Origin: an uncultured delta proteobacterium
GTDB lineage: Bacteria > Desulfobacterota > Binatia > JACPRU01
DNA length: 64,000 bases
Direction of reading: 5' to 3'
Assembly: GCA_963745025.1 (NCBI GenBank)
Contig: CAVUWD010000011.1
Span: forward strand, 1 to 64,000
Shown here: piece after piece, positions 10,872 through 21,118 of the stretch
How the letters are laid out: each line of letters opens with the position of its first letter
How positions within the stretch are numbered: position 1 is the first letter of the stretch
The notes under the pieces: generated by a model
Told to the model about the DNA's origin: nothing
The model's input: the letters and a program-made list of their open reading frames with translations, nothing else
Database searches by the model: none
Translations under genes and position numbers: made by a program

Positions 10872-11372
10872 ATGCACCCGAACCCCTCTTCACTCTCGCT
10901 GCACATCAACGGCCGGCGGCACGAGGTCAAGGACCCCGGCACGGCCACGCTGCTCGATCTCCTGCACGGCCCACTGGCGCTGCGCGGCACCAAGCGCGGC
11001 TGCGACGCCGGCACCTGCGGTGCGTGCACGGTGCTCGTCGACGGGCTGCGTGTCAACGCCTGCCTCACGCTCGCTGCATTGATCGACGGTGCCGAGGTGA
11101 CCACCATCGAAGGGCTCGCGCAGGGCGACGCCTTGCACCCGCTGCAGCAGGCTTTCATCGCCTGCGATGCGCTGCAGTGCGGCTACTGCACGCCGGGGCA
11201 GATCATGTCGGCCGCAGGCTTGCTGGCCGAAGGCGGGGCCACCTCGCCCGAGGCCATCCGCGAGGGCATGAGCGGCAATCTCTGCCGTTGTGGCGCCTAC
11301 CCGATGATCGGCACGGCCATCGAGCAGGTTGCGGCCGAGAGCGGGGCTCGCCAGTCTGGAGGTGCAGCATGA
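10872..11372 (+). CDS. 2Fe-2S subunit of a xanthine dehydrogenase/aldehyde oxidoreductase family enzyme (YagT/PaoA/CoxS-like)
   Basis: GTKRGCDAGTCGACTVL, QCGYCTPGQIMS, GNLCRCGAY. Confidence 0.93.
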   Translation: MHPNPSSLSLHINGRRHEVKDPGTATLLDLLHGPLALRGTKRGCDAGTCGACTVLVDGLRVNACLTLAALIDGAEVTTIEGLAQGDALHPLQQAFIACDALQCGYCTPGQIMSAAGLLAEGGATSPEAIREGMSGNLCRCGAYPMIGTAIEQVAAESGARQSGGAA

Positions 11373-11540
11373 GCGCCGGCCTGCAGGTTCATCGCCCGGC
11401 CACGCTCGCGCAGGCGCTCGCCGTGCTGCACGAGCAGCCGCAGGCAAGGCCCGTGGGCGGCGGCACGGAACTGGTCACGCTCATGCGCAGCGGCCTGGCG
11501 CCCCACACCACGCTCGTGACAATGGCAACGGCGGGCCTGG
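11369..11540 (+). CDS. FAD-binding subunit (YagS/CoxM-like), truncated at junction 2
   Basis: [23 protein letters not shown]; ATGA overlap with the upstream gene; similarity ends at ~11540. Confidence 0.75.
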
Positions 11541-12344
11541 GCGTCGAGATGCTCGGCGCTGTGCTCCCCGCACGAAGCAATCCCCGCCGGTAATCGCGCC
11601 GGCGACGAGGAATGTCCCCGCCTCGATCCGGTCACCGATCACCTCGTGCTCGACGCCATGAAGCTCGGCCACACCCTCGATGCGGATGATCGACGAGCCG
11701 GCGCCGTCGATGCGCGCGCCCATCTTGCCGAGCGCCGCGGCAAGATCCTCGATCTCGGGCTCGCGCGCCGCGTTTTCGATCTCGGTGGTTCCCTTCGCGA
11801 GCGCCGCCGCCATCATCAAGTTCTCGGTGGCGCCCACCGAGGCGATGTCGAGCGCGATCCGCGCTCCGTGAAGCCGGCGGCCGCTCGGCCCGAGCGGCGC
11901 CTCGGCCTCGACGTAGCCGTGGACGATCTCGAGCCGCGCACCCATCTTCTCGAATCCGGCGAGATGGAGATTCACCGGGCGGGCGCCGATCGCGCACCCG
12001 CCAGGCGTGGAAACCCGCGCGCGGCCCTCGCGCGCGAGCAGGGGACCGAGCGTGAGAAACGACGCACGCATGGTTTTCACGAGCTCGTAGGGTGCCTCGC
12101 GGCTGGCGAGATCACGCGCCCGAAGCGTGACGAGGGGACCCTCGGTTTCGCAGCGCTCGACGCCGAGATCCTGAAGCAAGCGCACGGTCGTGCGAATGTC
12201 GGCCAGCGCGGGAACGTTGCGGAACCGGCAGGTTTCGCGTGTGAGCAAGGACGCGAACAAGAGCGGCAGCGCAGAGTTCTTGGAGCCGCTGATCGCGACC
12301 TCGCCCCTCAACCGCCTCCCCCCGCGAACCACGATCCTATCCAC
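11541..12344 (-). CDS. murA: UDP-N-acetylglucosamine 1-carboxyvinyltransferase, 3'-truncated at junction 2
   Basis: [46 protein letters not shown]; about the last third is absent. Confidence 0.93.
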
Positions 12345-13191
12345 GCCCGTTCCGCTCCCGTTCGATCGTCAGAACCCGCTCGATGCCTGCCAGATCCCGG
12401 TCGGTCTTCGAAATGCGATAGCCTGCCGAAGCGAAGAGCGCCCCGACCGCCTCGCGCTGCCCAAAGCCGATCTCTACGGCGACCACGCCGTCTCGTCGCA
12501 GCGCTGCGTCGACCGACCCCGCGAGCCGCCGGTAGACCTCGAGGCCGTCGGCGCCGCCATCGAGAGCAGCGCGGGGCTCGTGATCGCGCACCTCTGGAGC
12601 GAGCGCGGCGATCTCCCCACTCGGCACGTACGGCGGATTCGACACGATCAGGTCAAAGCGCTCTCCGGCGAAGGGAGCAAAGAGGTCGCCGCAGCGAAAC
12701 TCGACTGCCGCCGCGAGCCTCCGTGCGTTGGCGCGGCTCACGTCGATCGCCACCGGCGAGACGTCGGTCGCGAACACCCGTGCATCCGGGAGCTCGAGAG
12801 CGAGTGTGATGGCGATCGCTCCCGATCCCGCGCCGACGTCGAGGATCCACGGCGCGTCGATCCTGCGTGCCCGAGCCAGCACCGCATCGACCAGCGTCTC
12901 GGTCTCCGCCCGCGGGATCAGCACGGGCGCGTCGACCCCGAACTCGCGCGAAAAGAATTCCTGCTTGCCACGGATCCGCTGCAGCGGCTCGCGCCTGCCC
13001 CGCCGCCGAATCCGCTCGCCGAAGCGAACCCACTCGGCGTCTCCGAGCTCGCGGTCGCGCTCGACGTAGAGGCGACTGCGTTCGACGCCGAGGACGTCGG
13101 CGAGCAGCACCTCTGCATCGAGCCGCGGATTGTCGACTCCACGCTCGGCGAGAAAAGCACTCGCGCGCTCGAGCCCGCTCGCCATGCTCAT
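12337..13191 (-). CDS. prmC: Release factor glutamine methyltransferase
   Basis: [32 protein letters not shown]; downstream of prfA. Confidence 0.95.
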   Translation of the reverse strand: MSMASGLERASAFLAERGVDNPRLDAEVLLADVLGVERSRLYVERDRELGDAEWVRFGERIRRRGRREPLQRIRGKQEFFSREFGVDAPVLIPRAETETLVDAVLARARRIDAPWILDVGAGSGAIAITLALELPDARVFATDVSPVAIDVSRANARRLAAAVEFRCGDLFAPFAGERFDLIVSNPPYVPSGEIAALAPEVRDHEPRAALDGGADGLEVYRRLAGSVDAALRRDGVVAVEIGFGQREAVGALFASAGYRISKTDRDLAGIERVLTIERERNGRG

Positions 13192-14267
13192 GCTCTTACG
13201 TCCGCCCCGTTGGCCTTCAGAGCCTCGGCCTGGTTCGACGTGACGAGCGCATCGATGACCGAATCGAGCTCGCCGTCGAGAAACCGGTCGAGCGTGTAGA
13301 TCGTCAGGTTGATGCGGTGATCGCTGACGCGGCCTTGCGGGAAATTGTAGGTGCGAATTCGCTCCGAGCGATCGCCGCTACCGACCATCCCTTTCCGCGC
13401 CGCGGCGATCTCCGAGCGCTGGGTCTCTTCGGCTCGCTCGAGCAGGCGCGCGCGCAGGATCTTCAGCGCCTTGGCCTTGTTCTTGTGCTGGGATTTCTCG
13501 TCGCGGCAATGCACGACGATCGCGGACGGGATGTGCGTGATGCGCACCGCCGAGTCCGTCGTATTGACGCTTTGTCCGCCGGGGCCCGAGGCGCGCATGA
13601 CCTCGATGCGCAGGTCCTTGTCGACGATGTCGACTTCGACTTCGTCGGCCTCGGGAAGCACCGCCACCGTCACCGCCGAGGTATGAATCCGGCCCGATGC
13701 CTCGGTCACCGGTACGCGCTGCACTCGATGGACGCCGCTTTCGAACTTCAAGCGGCTGAAGGCGCCCTTGCCCTCGATGAGCGCGATGATCTCCTTGAAG
13801 CCGCCGAGGCCCGTCGCGTTCGAGCTCATCGTCTCGACCTTCCAACCCCGCCGCTCGGCGTATCGCGAGTACATCCGGAAGAGATCGGCGGCAAAGAGGC
13901 TCGCCTCGTCGCCGCCAGTCCCGGCGCGGATCTCGAGCAGAACGTTGCGCCCGTCTCGCGGGTCCCTCGGCAGCAGCAGCCGCCTGAGCTCCACCTCGAG
14001 CGCCTGCGCGAGCTCGCGGAGCTCCGCGAGCTCCGAACGTGCGAGCTCGCGGAGATCCGGGTCCGTATCCCGGGCGAGCGTCTCGGCTTCCGCGACGTCT
14101 TGCTGCAGGCGCTTCCACTCGCGAAACCGCGTGACCGTCTCCTCGAGTCCCGAGCGCTCCTTGGCGAGACGCGCGAACTCGCGGCGGTCCTGGGCGGTCT
14201 CTTGCCGGGAGAGCAGGCTCTCGAGATCGTCGTAGCGCTTGGCGAGGCTTTCCAGCCGCTCGAACAT
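13188..14267 (-). CDS. prfA: Peptide chain release factor 1
   Basis: [21 protein letters not shown] (PxT motif), [22 protein letters not shown]. Confidence 0.97.
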   Translation of the reverse strand: MFERLESLAKRYDDLESLLSRQETAQDRREFARLAKERSGLEETVTRFREWKRLQQDVAEAETLARDTDPDLRELARSELAELRELAQALEVELRRLLLPRDPRDGRNVLLEIRAGTGGDEASLFAADLFRMYSRYAERRGWKVETMSSNATGLGGFKEIIALIEGKGAFSRLKFESGVHRVQRVPVTEASGRIHTSAVTVAVLPEADEVEVDIVDKDLRIEVMRASGPGGQSVNTTDSAVRITHIPSAIVVHCRDEKSQHKNKAKALKILRARLLERAEETQRSEIAAARKGMVGSGDRSERIRTYNFPQGRVSDHRINLTIYTLDRFLDGELDSVIDALVTSNQAEALKANGADVRA

Positions 14268-14340
14268 GACTCAGACGTCCTCGCGACCGACGAGGGCTCG
14301 CCACGTTTCTACGCGGAATAGGGATGACGCAAAAGAGCTG

Positions 14341-14547
14341 CTAAGCGGTCTTCTTGGCGTACCTGCGCTTGAAGCGCTCGACACGGCCCGCGGTGTCGAT
14401 GATCTTCTGCTTGCCGGTGTACAGCGGATGGCAGTTGGAGCAAATCTCGACATGGATTTCGGGGCGCGTGGAGCGTGTCTCGATCCTGAAGCCGCAGGCG
14501 CACACGATCGTGCACTTTTGGTACGCTGGATGAATGCCTTCTTTCAT
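14341..14547 (-). CDS. rpmE: 50S ribosomal protein L31 (Zn-binding type)
   Basis: [35 protein letters not shown]. Confidence 0.97.
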   Translation of the reverse strand: MKEGIHPAYQKCTIVCACGFRIETRSTRPEIHVEICSNCHPLYTGKQKIIDTAGRVERFKRRYAKKTA

Positions 14548-14574
14548 GACGCTGTCTCGATCAAGAATCCGAAA

Positions 14575-14603
14575 TTTATAGCATCGGCCAAACGGCGAAG
14601 CAA
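14575..14603 (-). promoter_or_regulatory. Sigma70 promoter of the rpmE-prfA-prmC-murA operon
   Basis: Minus strand TTGCTT-N17-TATAAA with an extended -10 TG. Confidence 0.6.
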
Positions 14604-14604
14604 T

Positions 14605-15450
14605 TCATCCCATCGCCGCAAGCCGGGCCTCCAGCCAGCGCTCGAGATCGGCGAAAACACGCTCCCTGTCGGTCTCGTTGAAGAGCTCGTGGAAGAATCC
14701 GGTGTAGAGCTGGAACTCGTTCGTCGCGCTGCCCAGCTTCTGCGCAAAGAATTCCGTCGCGCGGGCGTCGACCAGCCGATCGTCGCCGGCCTGCAGAACG
14801 AGGATGGGTAGAACGACTTCCGCGGCGCGTTCGTGCGCGTTGCGCATCGCCCGCTTGAATTCGGTGAAGAAGCGCGCGGTCGCGCGTCGATGGACGAGCG
14901 GATCCGCCGCATAGGCGCTCCCGACGGAAGGGTCTCGACTGAGGAATTCCGGCACGACGTTGCCTTGAAACGAGGTTCGGGGAGCGATCCGAGAGAGAAT
15001 GCGTGCGACCCACTGCAAGAGCCGCGACGGCTCGTTGGCGATTCCGAGCGCAGGCGAGGAGAGGATCGTCCCGGCCACGCCGGAAGCGTGGCTCAACAGG
15101 TAGCGCACGGCGATCAATCCGCCCATGCTGTGGCCGAGCAGGAAAAGCGGCTTCCCCCGCTGCTCTTCCTCCACGCGCACCCGCAACGCGTGGAGATCGG
15201 AAACGAACTCGGGGAATCGGCCGACGTGCCCCCGGGGTCCCTCCGAGCGGCCGTGCCCGCGGTGATCGAGCGCGTAGAGCGCGAAGCCGCGCGGAACCAC
15301 CTCCTCCACCAGATTCCCGTAGCGGCCGCCGTGCTCGCCATAGCCATGGGCCACTAGAATTACGGCGCGCACCTCGCCTTCGGGAAGCCACGCTTGCCAG
15401 TAGAGCCGTAGACCCCCGTGGCCTGCGAAGTCACCTTCTTTGTGGATCAT
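14605..15450 (-). CDS. Lysophospholipase/monoacylglycerol lipase (alpha/beta hydrolase)
   Basis: HGYGEHGGRY, DHRGHGRS, GHSMGG, QAGDDRLV, FHELFNE; downstream of glpK. Confidence 0.9.
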   Translation of the reverse strand: MIHKEGDFAGHGGLRLYWQAWLPEGEVRAVILVAHGYGEHGGRYGNLVEEVVPRGFALYALDHRGHGRSEGPRGHVGRFPEFVSDLHALRVRVEEEQRGKPLFLLGHSMGGLIAVRYLLSHASGVAGTILSSPALGIANEPSRLLQWVARILSRIAPRTSFQGNVVPEFLSRDPSVGSAYAADPLVHRRATARFFTEFKRAMRNAHERAAEVVLPILVLQAGDDRLVDARATEFFAQKLGSATNEFQLYTGFFHELFNETDRERVFADLERWLEARLAAMG

Positions 15451-15456
15451 AAGGGA

Positions 15457-15516
15457 GGCTACCGGCGACCGCAAAAAAAACCGCGGTCTTTACCGGCAGC
15501 CGGAAGCCGGGGGCCG
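15457..15516. repeat. Heptamer-built intergenic inverted repeat, copy 1
   Basis: GGCTACC GGCGACC, a spacer, then CGGCAGC CGGAAGC CGGGGGC; between glpK and the lipase gene. Confidence 0.65.
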
Positions 15517-15520
15517 TGTT

Positions 15521-17014
15521 TCACTGCGTCCGCACCATCGCGACGGCTCGCTTCCATCCCGCATAGCGGCGTTCACGCTCCTCACGCTCCCCTTTCGGCC
15601 GGAAGATCCGATCGACTTTGCGCACGTGATCGAGCTCGGACGTCGATTTCCAGAATCCGGCGCCGAGGCCCGCGAGGAATGCCGCCCCGGTGGCCGTGGT
15701 CTCGACGATCTTCGGGCGCTCGACCGCGGCATCGAGCAGATCCGCCTGGAACTGCATGAGGAAATCGTTTTGGCTCGCGCCGCCGTCGGCGCGCAGGCTC
15801 TTCAGCGGCCTTTCCGCATCCGCCACCATCGTATCGACCACGTCACGCGTCTGGTAGGCGAGCGACTCCAGAGTGGCGCGGATGATGTGCTCGCGTTTCA
15901 CGCCGCGCGTGAGCCCGACGATCGCGCCCCGAGCGTCGGGATCCCAGTAGGGCGCGCCGAGACCGACGAAGGCGGGCACGACATAGACGCCGAGCGTGTC
16001 CGGCGTCTTGCGTGCGATCGACTCGGTCTCGGCGGCTGTCTTGATCCACCCGAGCCCGTCACGCAGCCACTGCACGGCGGCGCCCGCGATGAAGACCGCG
16101 CCCTCGAGCGCATAGACCGGCTGGCCCTCCGCCCCACACCCGAGCGTCGTGAGCAGCCCTCGTGTCGAGGATACGGCCTTCGACCCCGTCGACATCAGCA
16201 GAAAACATCCCGTGCCATACGTATTCTTCACCATCCCCGGCTCGAAGCAACCTTGACCGAAGAGTGCCGCCTGCTGATCTCCGGCGATGCCGGCGATCGG
16301 CACGGCGTGGCCGCCGAGAAGCTTCGCATCCGTCTCGCCGAGCACCCCCGAGGAGTGCACCACGCGCGGAAGCATCGCTTGGGGCACGCGGAAGATGCCG
16401 AGCAGATCGTCGTCCCAGCTCTTGTCGTGAATGTTGAAGAGCAGCGTGCGCGAGGCGTTCGTGTAATCCGTCGCGTGCACCTTTCCGCCCGAGAGCTTCC
16501 AAACGAGCCAGGCATCGATCGTTCCGAAGCAGAGATCTCCCTCCTCCGCTCGCGTCTGCGCTCCCTTCACGTTGTCGAGAAGCCAACGAATCTTGCTTGC
16601 GGAAAAATAGGGATCGATCACCAAACCCGTTTTGTGGCGGAACATCTCGATCAAACCGCGGCTCTTGAGCTCCGCGCAGAGCGGGGCCGTACGGCGATCC
16701 TGCCAGACGATCGCGCGCGCGATCGGTTTGCCGGTCCTGCGGCTCCACACGAGGGTCGTCTCGCGCTGGTTCGTGATACCGATCGCCGCGAGCTTGCGAG
16801 AGGGGATCCGCCCGCTGCGCAGGGCCCGCTTCATGACCGCCAGCGTGACCTGCCAAATTTCCTCGGGATCGTGCTCGACCCAGCCGGGATTCGGGTAGTA
16901 CTGGCGAAACTCAGAATAAGCGCGGCTGACGACCCTACCACCTCGATCGTAGACGAGGACCGTGCTGCCGGTCGTCCCTTGGTCGATGGCAAGCACGTAA
17001 CTCGGCCTCAACAC
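15521..17014 (-). CDS. glpK: Glycerol kinase
   Basis: AIDQGTTGS, GITNQRET, IVWQDRRT, DPYFSASK, GDQQAALFGQ, KNTYGTGCF, GAPYWD. Confidence 0.97.
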   Translation of the reverse strand: MLRPSYVLAIDQGTTGSTVLVYDRGGRVVSRAYSEFRQYYPNPGWVEHDPEEIWQVTLAVMKRALRSGRIPSRKLAAIGITNQRETTLVWSRRTGKPIARAIVWQDRRTAPLCAELKSRGLIEMFRHKTGLVIDPYFSASKIRWLLDNVKGAQTRAEEGDLCFGTIDAWLVWKLSGGKVHATDYTNASRTLLFNIHDKSWDDDLLGIFRVPQAMLPRVVHSSGVLGETDAKLLGGHAVPIAGIAGDQQAALFGQGCFEPGMVKNTYGTGCFLLMSTGSKAVSSTRGLLTTLGCGAEGQPVYALEGAVFIAGAAVQWLRDGLGWIKTAAETESIARKTPDTLGVYVVPAFVGLGAPYWDPDARGAIVGLTRGVKREHIIRATLESLAYQTRDVVDTMVADAERPLKSLRADGGASQNDFLMQFQADLLDAAVERPKIVETTATGAAFLAGLGAGFWKSTSELDHVRKVDRIFRPKGEREERERRYAGWKRAVAMVRTQ

Positions 17015-17202
17015 GTTCCCCCCGCACGGAATCCCGGCGCGGGCGCTTATACGCGGCCGCTCCCGGCCTCTGCAAGCGAGAAGGGCTTGGAAAACAGAAT
17101 GACCGTCATTCCTCAGAGGCGAAATTGAGCCAGCGTTTGTAACTGGCTGGGAGACCGTGTATTGGGAGGTGGCCGAATAGCGGCGGCCCGGAGAGGATTC
17201 GT

Positions 17203-18369
17203 TTGACGATCAAGAAAGCGAAGCGAATTCAAGAGCTTTCACCGTATCTATTCGCGGAAATCGACAAGAAGAAGAACGCGCTAAAGGCGCGGGGCGTCGA
17301 CATCATCAGCCTCGGCATCGGCGATCCCGATCTCCCTACCCCACCCCACATCGTAGAACGCCTTCGCCAGGCGGCGGGCGATCCGGCCAACCATCGTTAT
17401 CCCGATTACGAGGGTTTGCCCGCATTCCGCCGAGCGGCTGCGGATTGGTACCAGGCGCGCTTCGGCGTCACGCTCGATTCCGACCAGGAGGTGGTATCGC
17501 TGATCGGATCGAAAGAAGGCATCGCCCACATGCCGATCGCCTTCGTCGATCCCGGCGACGTCGTGCTCTGCCCCGATCCCGGTTACCCCGTTTACGCAGT
17601 CGGCGCCGGTTTCTGTGGGGGCACCGTCTACCGCATGCCGCTCCGGAAGGAGAACGACTTCTTCCCCGATCTCGAATCGATCCCGCAGACTGTCGCGCGG
17701 GCCGCGAAGCTCATATGGCTCTGCTATCCGAACAACCCAACGTCGGCGACCGCCACGCGGAAATTTTTCCGTGAGGCGATCGAGTTTGCCGAGCGCCATG
17801 ACGTGATTCTCTGTCACGACGCGGCCTATTCCGAGATCTATTTCGACGGCGAACGGCCGATCTCAGTGCTCGAGCTCGACGGTGCGCGCGAGGTCGCCAT
17901 CGAGTTTCATTCGTTGTCCAAAACCTACAACATGACCGGCTGGCGAATCGGCTTCGCGGTCGGCAATTCGGAGCTGATCGGCGGTCTTGGCAAGGTCAAG
18001 ACGAACGTCGACTCGGGAGTTTTTCAGGCAGTGCAGGAAGCGGGCATCGCCGCGCTCTCCGGGGACCAAAGCTGCGTGGCGGAGGCACGCCAAATCTACC
18101 AGAGCCGCCGCGACCTGGTCGTGAAAGCACTCGGCCACGCGGGACTTCGCGCGATACGCCCGCGAGCCACCTTCTACGTGTGGGTCGAGACTCCCAAAGG
18201 GTACACGTCGGCGGACTTCGCGACCAAGGTCCTCGAAGAAACCGGCGTCGTCATCACGCCGGGCACCGGGTTCGGACCGAGCGGGGAAGGCTACGTCCGC
18301 CTGAGCCTCACGGTGAACGGGGACCGCCTGGCGGAGGCCGTCCAGCGGATGGAGAGGCTCAGTCTCTAG
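17203..18369 (+). CDS. dapL: LL-diaminopimelate aminotransferase (class I/II PLP enzyme)
   Basis: PYLFAEID, LGIGDPD, GSKEGIAH, YPNNPT, HDAAYSE, SLSKTYNMTGWRIG. Confidence 0.88.
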   Translation: MTIKKAKRIQELSPYLFAEIDKKKNALKARGVDIISLGIGDPDLPTPPHIVERLRQAAGDPANHRYPDYEGLPAFRRAAADWYQARFGVTLDSDQEVVSLIGSKEGIAHMPIAFVDPGDVVLCPDPGYPVYAVGAGFCGGTVYRMPLRKENDFFPDLESIPQTVARAAKLIWLCYPNNPTSATATRKFFREAIEFAERHDVILCHDAAYSEIYFDGERPISVLELDGAREVAIEFHSLSKTYNMTGWRIGFAVGNSELIGGLGKVKTNVDSGVFQAVQEAGIAALSGDQSCVAEARQIYQSRRDLVVKALGHAGLRAIRPRATFYVWVETPKGYTSADFATKVLEETGVVITPGTGFGPSGEGYVRLSLTVNGDRLAEAVQRMERLSL

Positions 18370-18374
18370 CGCTC

Positions 18375-18875
18375 ATGCCCGCCGGCGTCTTCATCGGACT
18401 CGGGTCGAATCTGGGAGATCGCCGCGCCAACATCCGCGAAGCCCTCGACCGCATCCGCAAGCAGCCCGACACCCGCATCCTCAAGGAGTCGTCACTCTAC
18501 GAGAGCGAGCCGCATGGGGATGCCAAGACCTGGTTCGTGAACGGCGTGATCGAGATCGAGACGGAGCTGACGCCGGAAAATTTGCTGAAGAAGCTCAAGG
18601 GAATCGAGAGCGCCATGGGCCGTAAGCGGGTCAAGGGGAAGCGCTGGGGAAGCCGCATCATCGATCTCGACATCCTGTTTTACGGCTCGCTCGTCTTGCG
18701 CAAGCGTGCGCTCAAGCTCCCCCACTCTGAACTCGCCAACCGTCGGTTCGTGCTGCTGCCGCTCTCCGAGCTCGCCCCGCAGCTCGTCCATCCGGTGCTG
18801 CAGGTGACGGTCTCGGATCTGCTCACCTCGGTAAAAGACCCCAAGAAAGTCCAGCTCATGCCGCTTCGCGGTTGA
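18375..18875 (+). CDS. folK: 2-amino-4-hydroxy-6-hydroxymethyldihydropteridine diphosphokinase
   Basis: IGLGSNLGDR, SSLYESEP, RWGSRIIDLDILFY, LPH, RRFVLLPL. Confidence 0.95.
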   Translation: MPAGVFIGLGSNLGDRRANIREALDRIRKQPDTRILKESSLYESEPHGDAKTWFVNGVIEIETELTPENLLKKLKGIESAMGRKRVKGKRWGSRIIDLDILFYGSLVLRKRALKLPHSELANRRFVLLPLSELAPQLVHPVLQVTVSDLLTSVKDPKKVQLMPLRG

Positions 18876-18937
18876 GTTGTCGCCCGTGGTGGATTAAGCT
18901 GGAAATTTAAGCCAGAGCACGGGCCGTCTCTGCAGCG

Positions 18938-20017
18938 ATGGCGACGCTTCCGAAAATCTACCTCGAGCATCTCGCCGAGATCTCAACGGACATCATCATC
19001 GCCGTCGACCGTAGCGGCAGCATCGCCTTCTACAACGACGGGGCACGCCGCACGCTGGGATACTCGCCGGAGGAAGTCCTCGGCAAGCAGGTCACGATCG
19101 TCTACGGGGATCTGGCTGAAGCGAGGCGTCTGATGACCGCCATGCGCAGCGCCGACCGCGATACCGCCGGCAAGACCCACAATTTCGAGACCGTCCTGAT
19201 CGACAAATCGGGGAATCGCATTCCTGTGGCGATCTCGGGATCGATCATCAAAGATGCGTCGGGCGCCGAGGTGGGATCGATCGGCTTCGCCAAGGACCTG
19301 CGCGAAATTCGCAAGCGACAGCGCTTGGCGACGCTCGGTGAGATCGCCGTGTCGATCGCTCACGAAGTCAACAACCCGCTCGCGGCGATCACCAACCAAA
19401 TCGAGCTCGTCGCCAAGTTCCTCGCGCAGAAGTGCAGCGACGAGGAGTTCGTCGTGGAGGGCGAGCGGCTCGAAGCCATCCACCGCGAGCTCGACAAGAT
19501 CCGCGATACCGTCGGCCGCATCCAGCAAGCCGCGGGCGATACCGAATACGATACGCGCGAATACCTTCCCGGCCGGCTGATGACCGATCTCGCGCAGCGC
19601 CCGAACGGCGCGACCGGCGAGAGTCCTCTCAAGGGAGTGCGGGTGCTCGTAGTCGACGACGATACCGGCGTGTGCAACTCGCTCCGCGACGTGCTTCGCG
19701 AGGAGCACTGTAAGGTCTTCACCGCCAGCGGCGGCATCGAAGCGCTCAAAGTGATCGCCGAGGAGCAAGTCGACGTCGTTCTCTCCGACGTCGTCATGCC
19801 CGACATGGACGGCTACGATCTCTACATGGAGCTGAAGGAACGACGGCCGCAGACGCCGGTCGTGCTGATGACCGCGTACTACTACGACAAAGACCACGTG
19901 ATTAAGCGCTCGCGCCTCGAGGGTCTCAATCAGGTCATCTTCAAGAAGCCGATCGACCCCAAGCGATTGAAGGCGATCCTTCAGCAGATCTCCAAATGTT
20001 CGGAGGTACCACAATGA
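18938..20017 (+). CDS. PAS-HisKA-receiver signalling protein with no kinase (HATPase) domain
   Basis: PAS domain, H-box IAHEVNNPLAAI, short linker EYLPGRLMTDL, then REC (VLVVDDD, DVVMPDMDG, KP); no N/G1/F/G2 boxes. Confidence 0.85.
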   Translation: MATLPKIYLEHLAEISTDIIIAVDRSGSIAFYNDGARRTLGYSPEEVLGKQVTIVYGDLAEARRLMTAMRSADRDTAGKTHNFETVLIDKSGNRIPVAISGSIIKDASGAEVGSIGFAKDLREIRKRQRLATLGEIAVSIAHEVNNPLAAITNQIELVAKFLAQKCSDEEFVVEGERLEAIHRELDKIRDTVGRIQQAAGDTEYDTREYLPGRLMTDLAQRPNGATGESPLKGVRVLVVDDDTGVCNSLRDVLREEHCKVFTASGGIEALKVIAEEQVDVVLSDVVMPDMDGYDLYMELKERRPQTPVVLMTAYYYDKDHVIKRSRLEGLNQVIFKKPIDPKRLKAILQQISKCSEVPQ

Positions 20018-20430
20018 TTCCGCAGCTCTCTCCAGACGAAGCCGCCGAGATCCTGCGGCGGCGCCCGGACGCAGTCTATCTGGACGTCCGCTCCGAAGCG
20101 GAGTTCTCCAGTGGTCATCCGGCGGGCGCGTACAACATCCCCGTGATGTTCTTCGACGCCGCTCGCCGGCCAGTTGCCAACGCCGATTTCGCGCGCGTGG
20201 TGCAGGCGACATTGCCACGCGAGACGAGCGTGCTCGTCGGCTGCCAGTCGGGAGTTCGCTCGCAGCATGCGGCGGAGATCCTGCGCTCGCTCGGCCTTCG
20301 CGACGTGTCGAACGTGGTCGGTGGCTTTGGCGGTTCGCCGGCGGCGCGGGGATGGCGGGACTCGGGCCTGCCGGTCGAGACCGGCAACCCTAGCGGGCGA
20401 GCGTACGAGGACCTGAAGAAGGTGAGCTGA
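20014..20430 (+). CDS. Rhodanese-like domain protein
   Basis: YLDVRSEAEFSSGHPAGAYNIP, GCQSGVRS, WRDSGLP. Confidence 0.9.
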   Translation: MIPQLSPDEAAEILRRRPDAVYLDVRSEAEFSSGHPAGAYNIPVMFFDAARRPVANADFARVVQATLPRETSVLVGCQSGVRSQHAAEILRSLGLRDVSNVVGGFGGSPAARGWRDSGLPVETGNPSGRAYEDLKKVS

Positions 20431-21041
20431 TGGCGATCCGCATCACCAGGGTCTACACGCGCACGGGAGATCAAGGTGAAACGGCGCTCGTCGGCGGGCG
20501 CCGCGTCGCCAAGGACTCACAGCGAATCGTGGCCTACGGTGCGATCGACGAGCTCAACTCCGTGCTCGGCATCGTTCGCGCGCTGGCGACGAAGGAATCG
20601 AGCAAGGCGGCGGCGCGACTGATCGAGCTCCTGAAGCGGCTGCAGAACGAGCTCTTCGACCTCGGCAGCGAGCTCGCCACGCCGCCGGACATGGATTACG
20701 AAGGCATGTGGCGCGCCTCCGAAGGCGAAGTCCTCGAGCTCGAGCGTACGATCGACGAGTGTCAGAAGAGCCTCGAGCCGCTGAAGTCGTTCATCCTTCC
20801 CGGCGGCGGCGCAGCCGGGGCATTCCTGCACCAGGCGCGCACCGTCTGCCGCCGCGCGGAGGTGGAGACTTTTCGCTTGTCGCGCACGGAAGCCGTGAAC
20901 CCGTTCGTTCTCCGATACCTGAATCGCCTCTCCGATCTGCTGTTCGTCCTGGCGCGCTGGATCGCCAAGAAAGACGGCGCACCGGAGTACCTGTGGGAAC
21001 GGGGCTTGCGTCTGCCGACCAAGCGAGCGAAGGGGAAATAA
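20430..21041 (+). CDS. PduO-type ATP:cob(I)alamin adenosyltransferase
   Basis: VYTRTGDQGET, YGAIDELNS, QNELFDLGSELA, FILPGG, RTVCRRAE, YLNRLSDLLFVLAR. Confidence 0.95.
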   Translation: MAIRITRVYTRTGDQGETALVGGRRVAKDSQRIVAYGAIDELNSVLGIVRALATKESSKAAARLIELLKRLQNELFDLGSELATPPDMDYEGMWRASEGEVLELERTIDECQKSLEPLKSFILPGGGAAGAFLHQARTVCRRAEVETFRLSRTEAVNPFVLRYLNRLSDLLFVLARWIAKKDGAPEYLWERGLRLPTKRAKGK

Positions 21042-21108
21042 CGGCTACCGGCTACCGACTACCGACTACCGGAAAGGCAGTTGAGTCTTTACCGGCAGCC
21101 GGTAGCCC
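21042..21108. repeat. Heptamer-built intergenic inverted repeat, copy 2
   Basis: (CGGCTAC)2(CGACTAC)2, a spacer, then CGGCAGC CGGTAGC. Confidence 0.8.
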
Positions 21109-21118
21109 AGGAGACGAA

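Noticed and set aside
4590-11540. Horizontally acquired genomic island
   Set aside because: No integrase, transposase, tRNA or direct repeats; genes are cut on both sides at both ends, which fits assembly chimerism better
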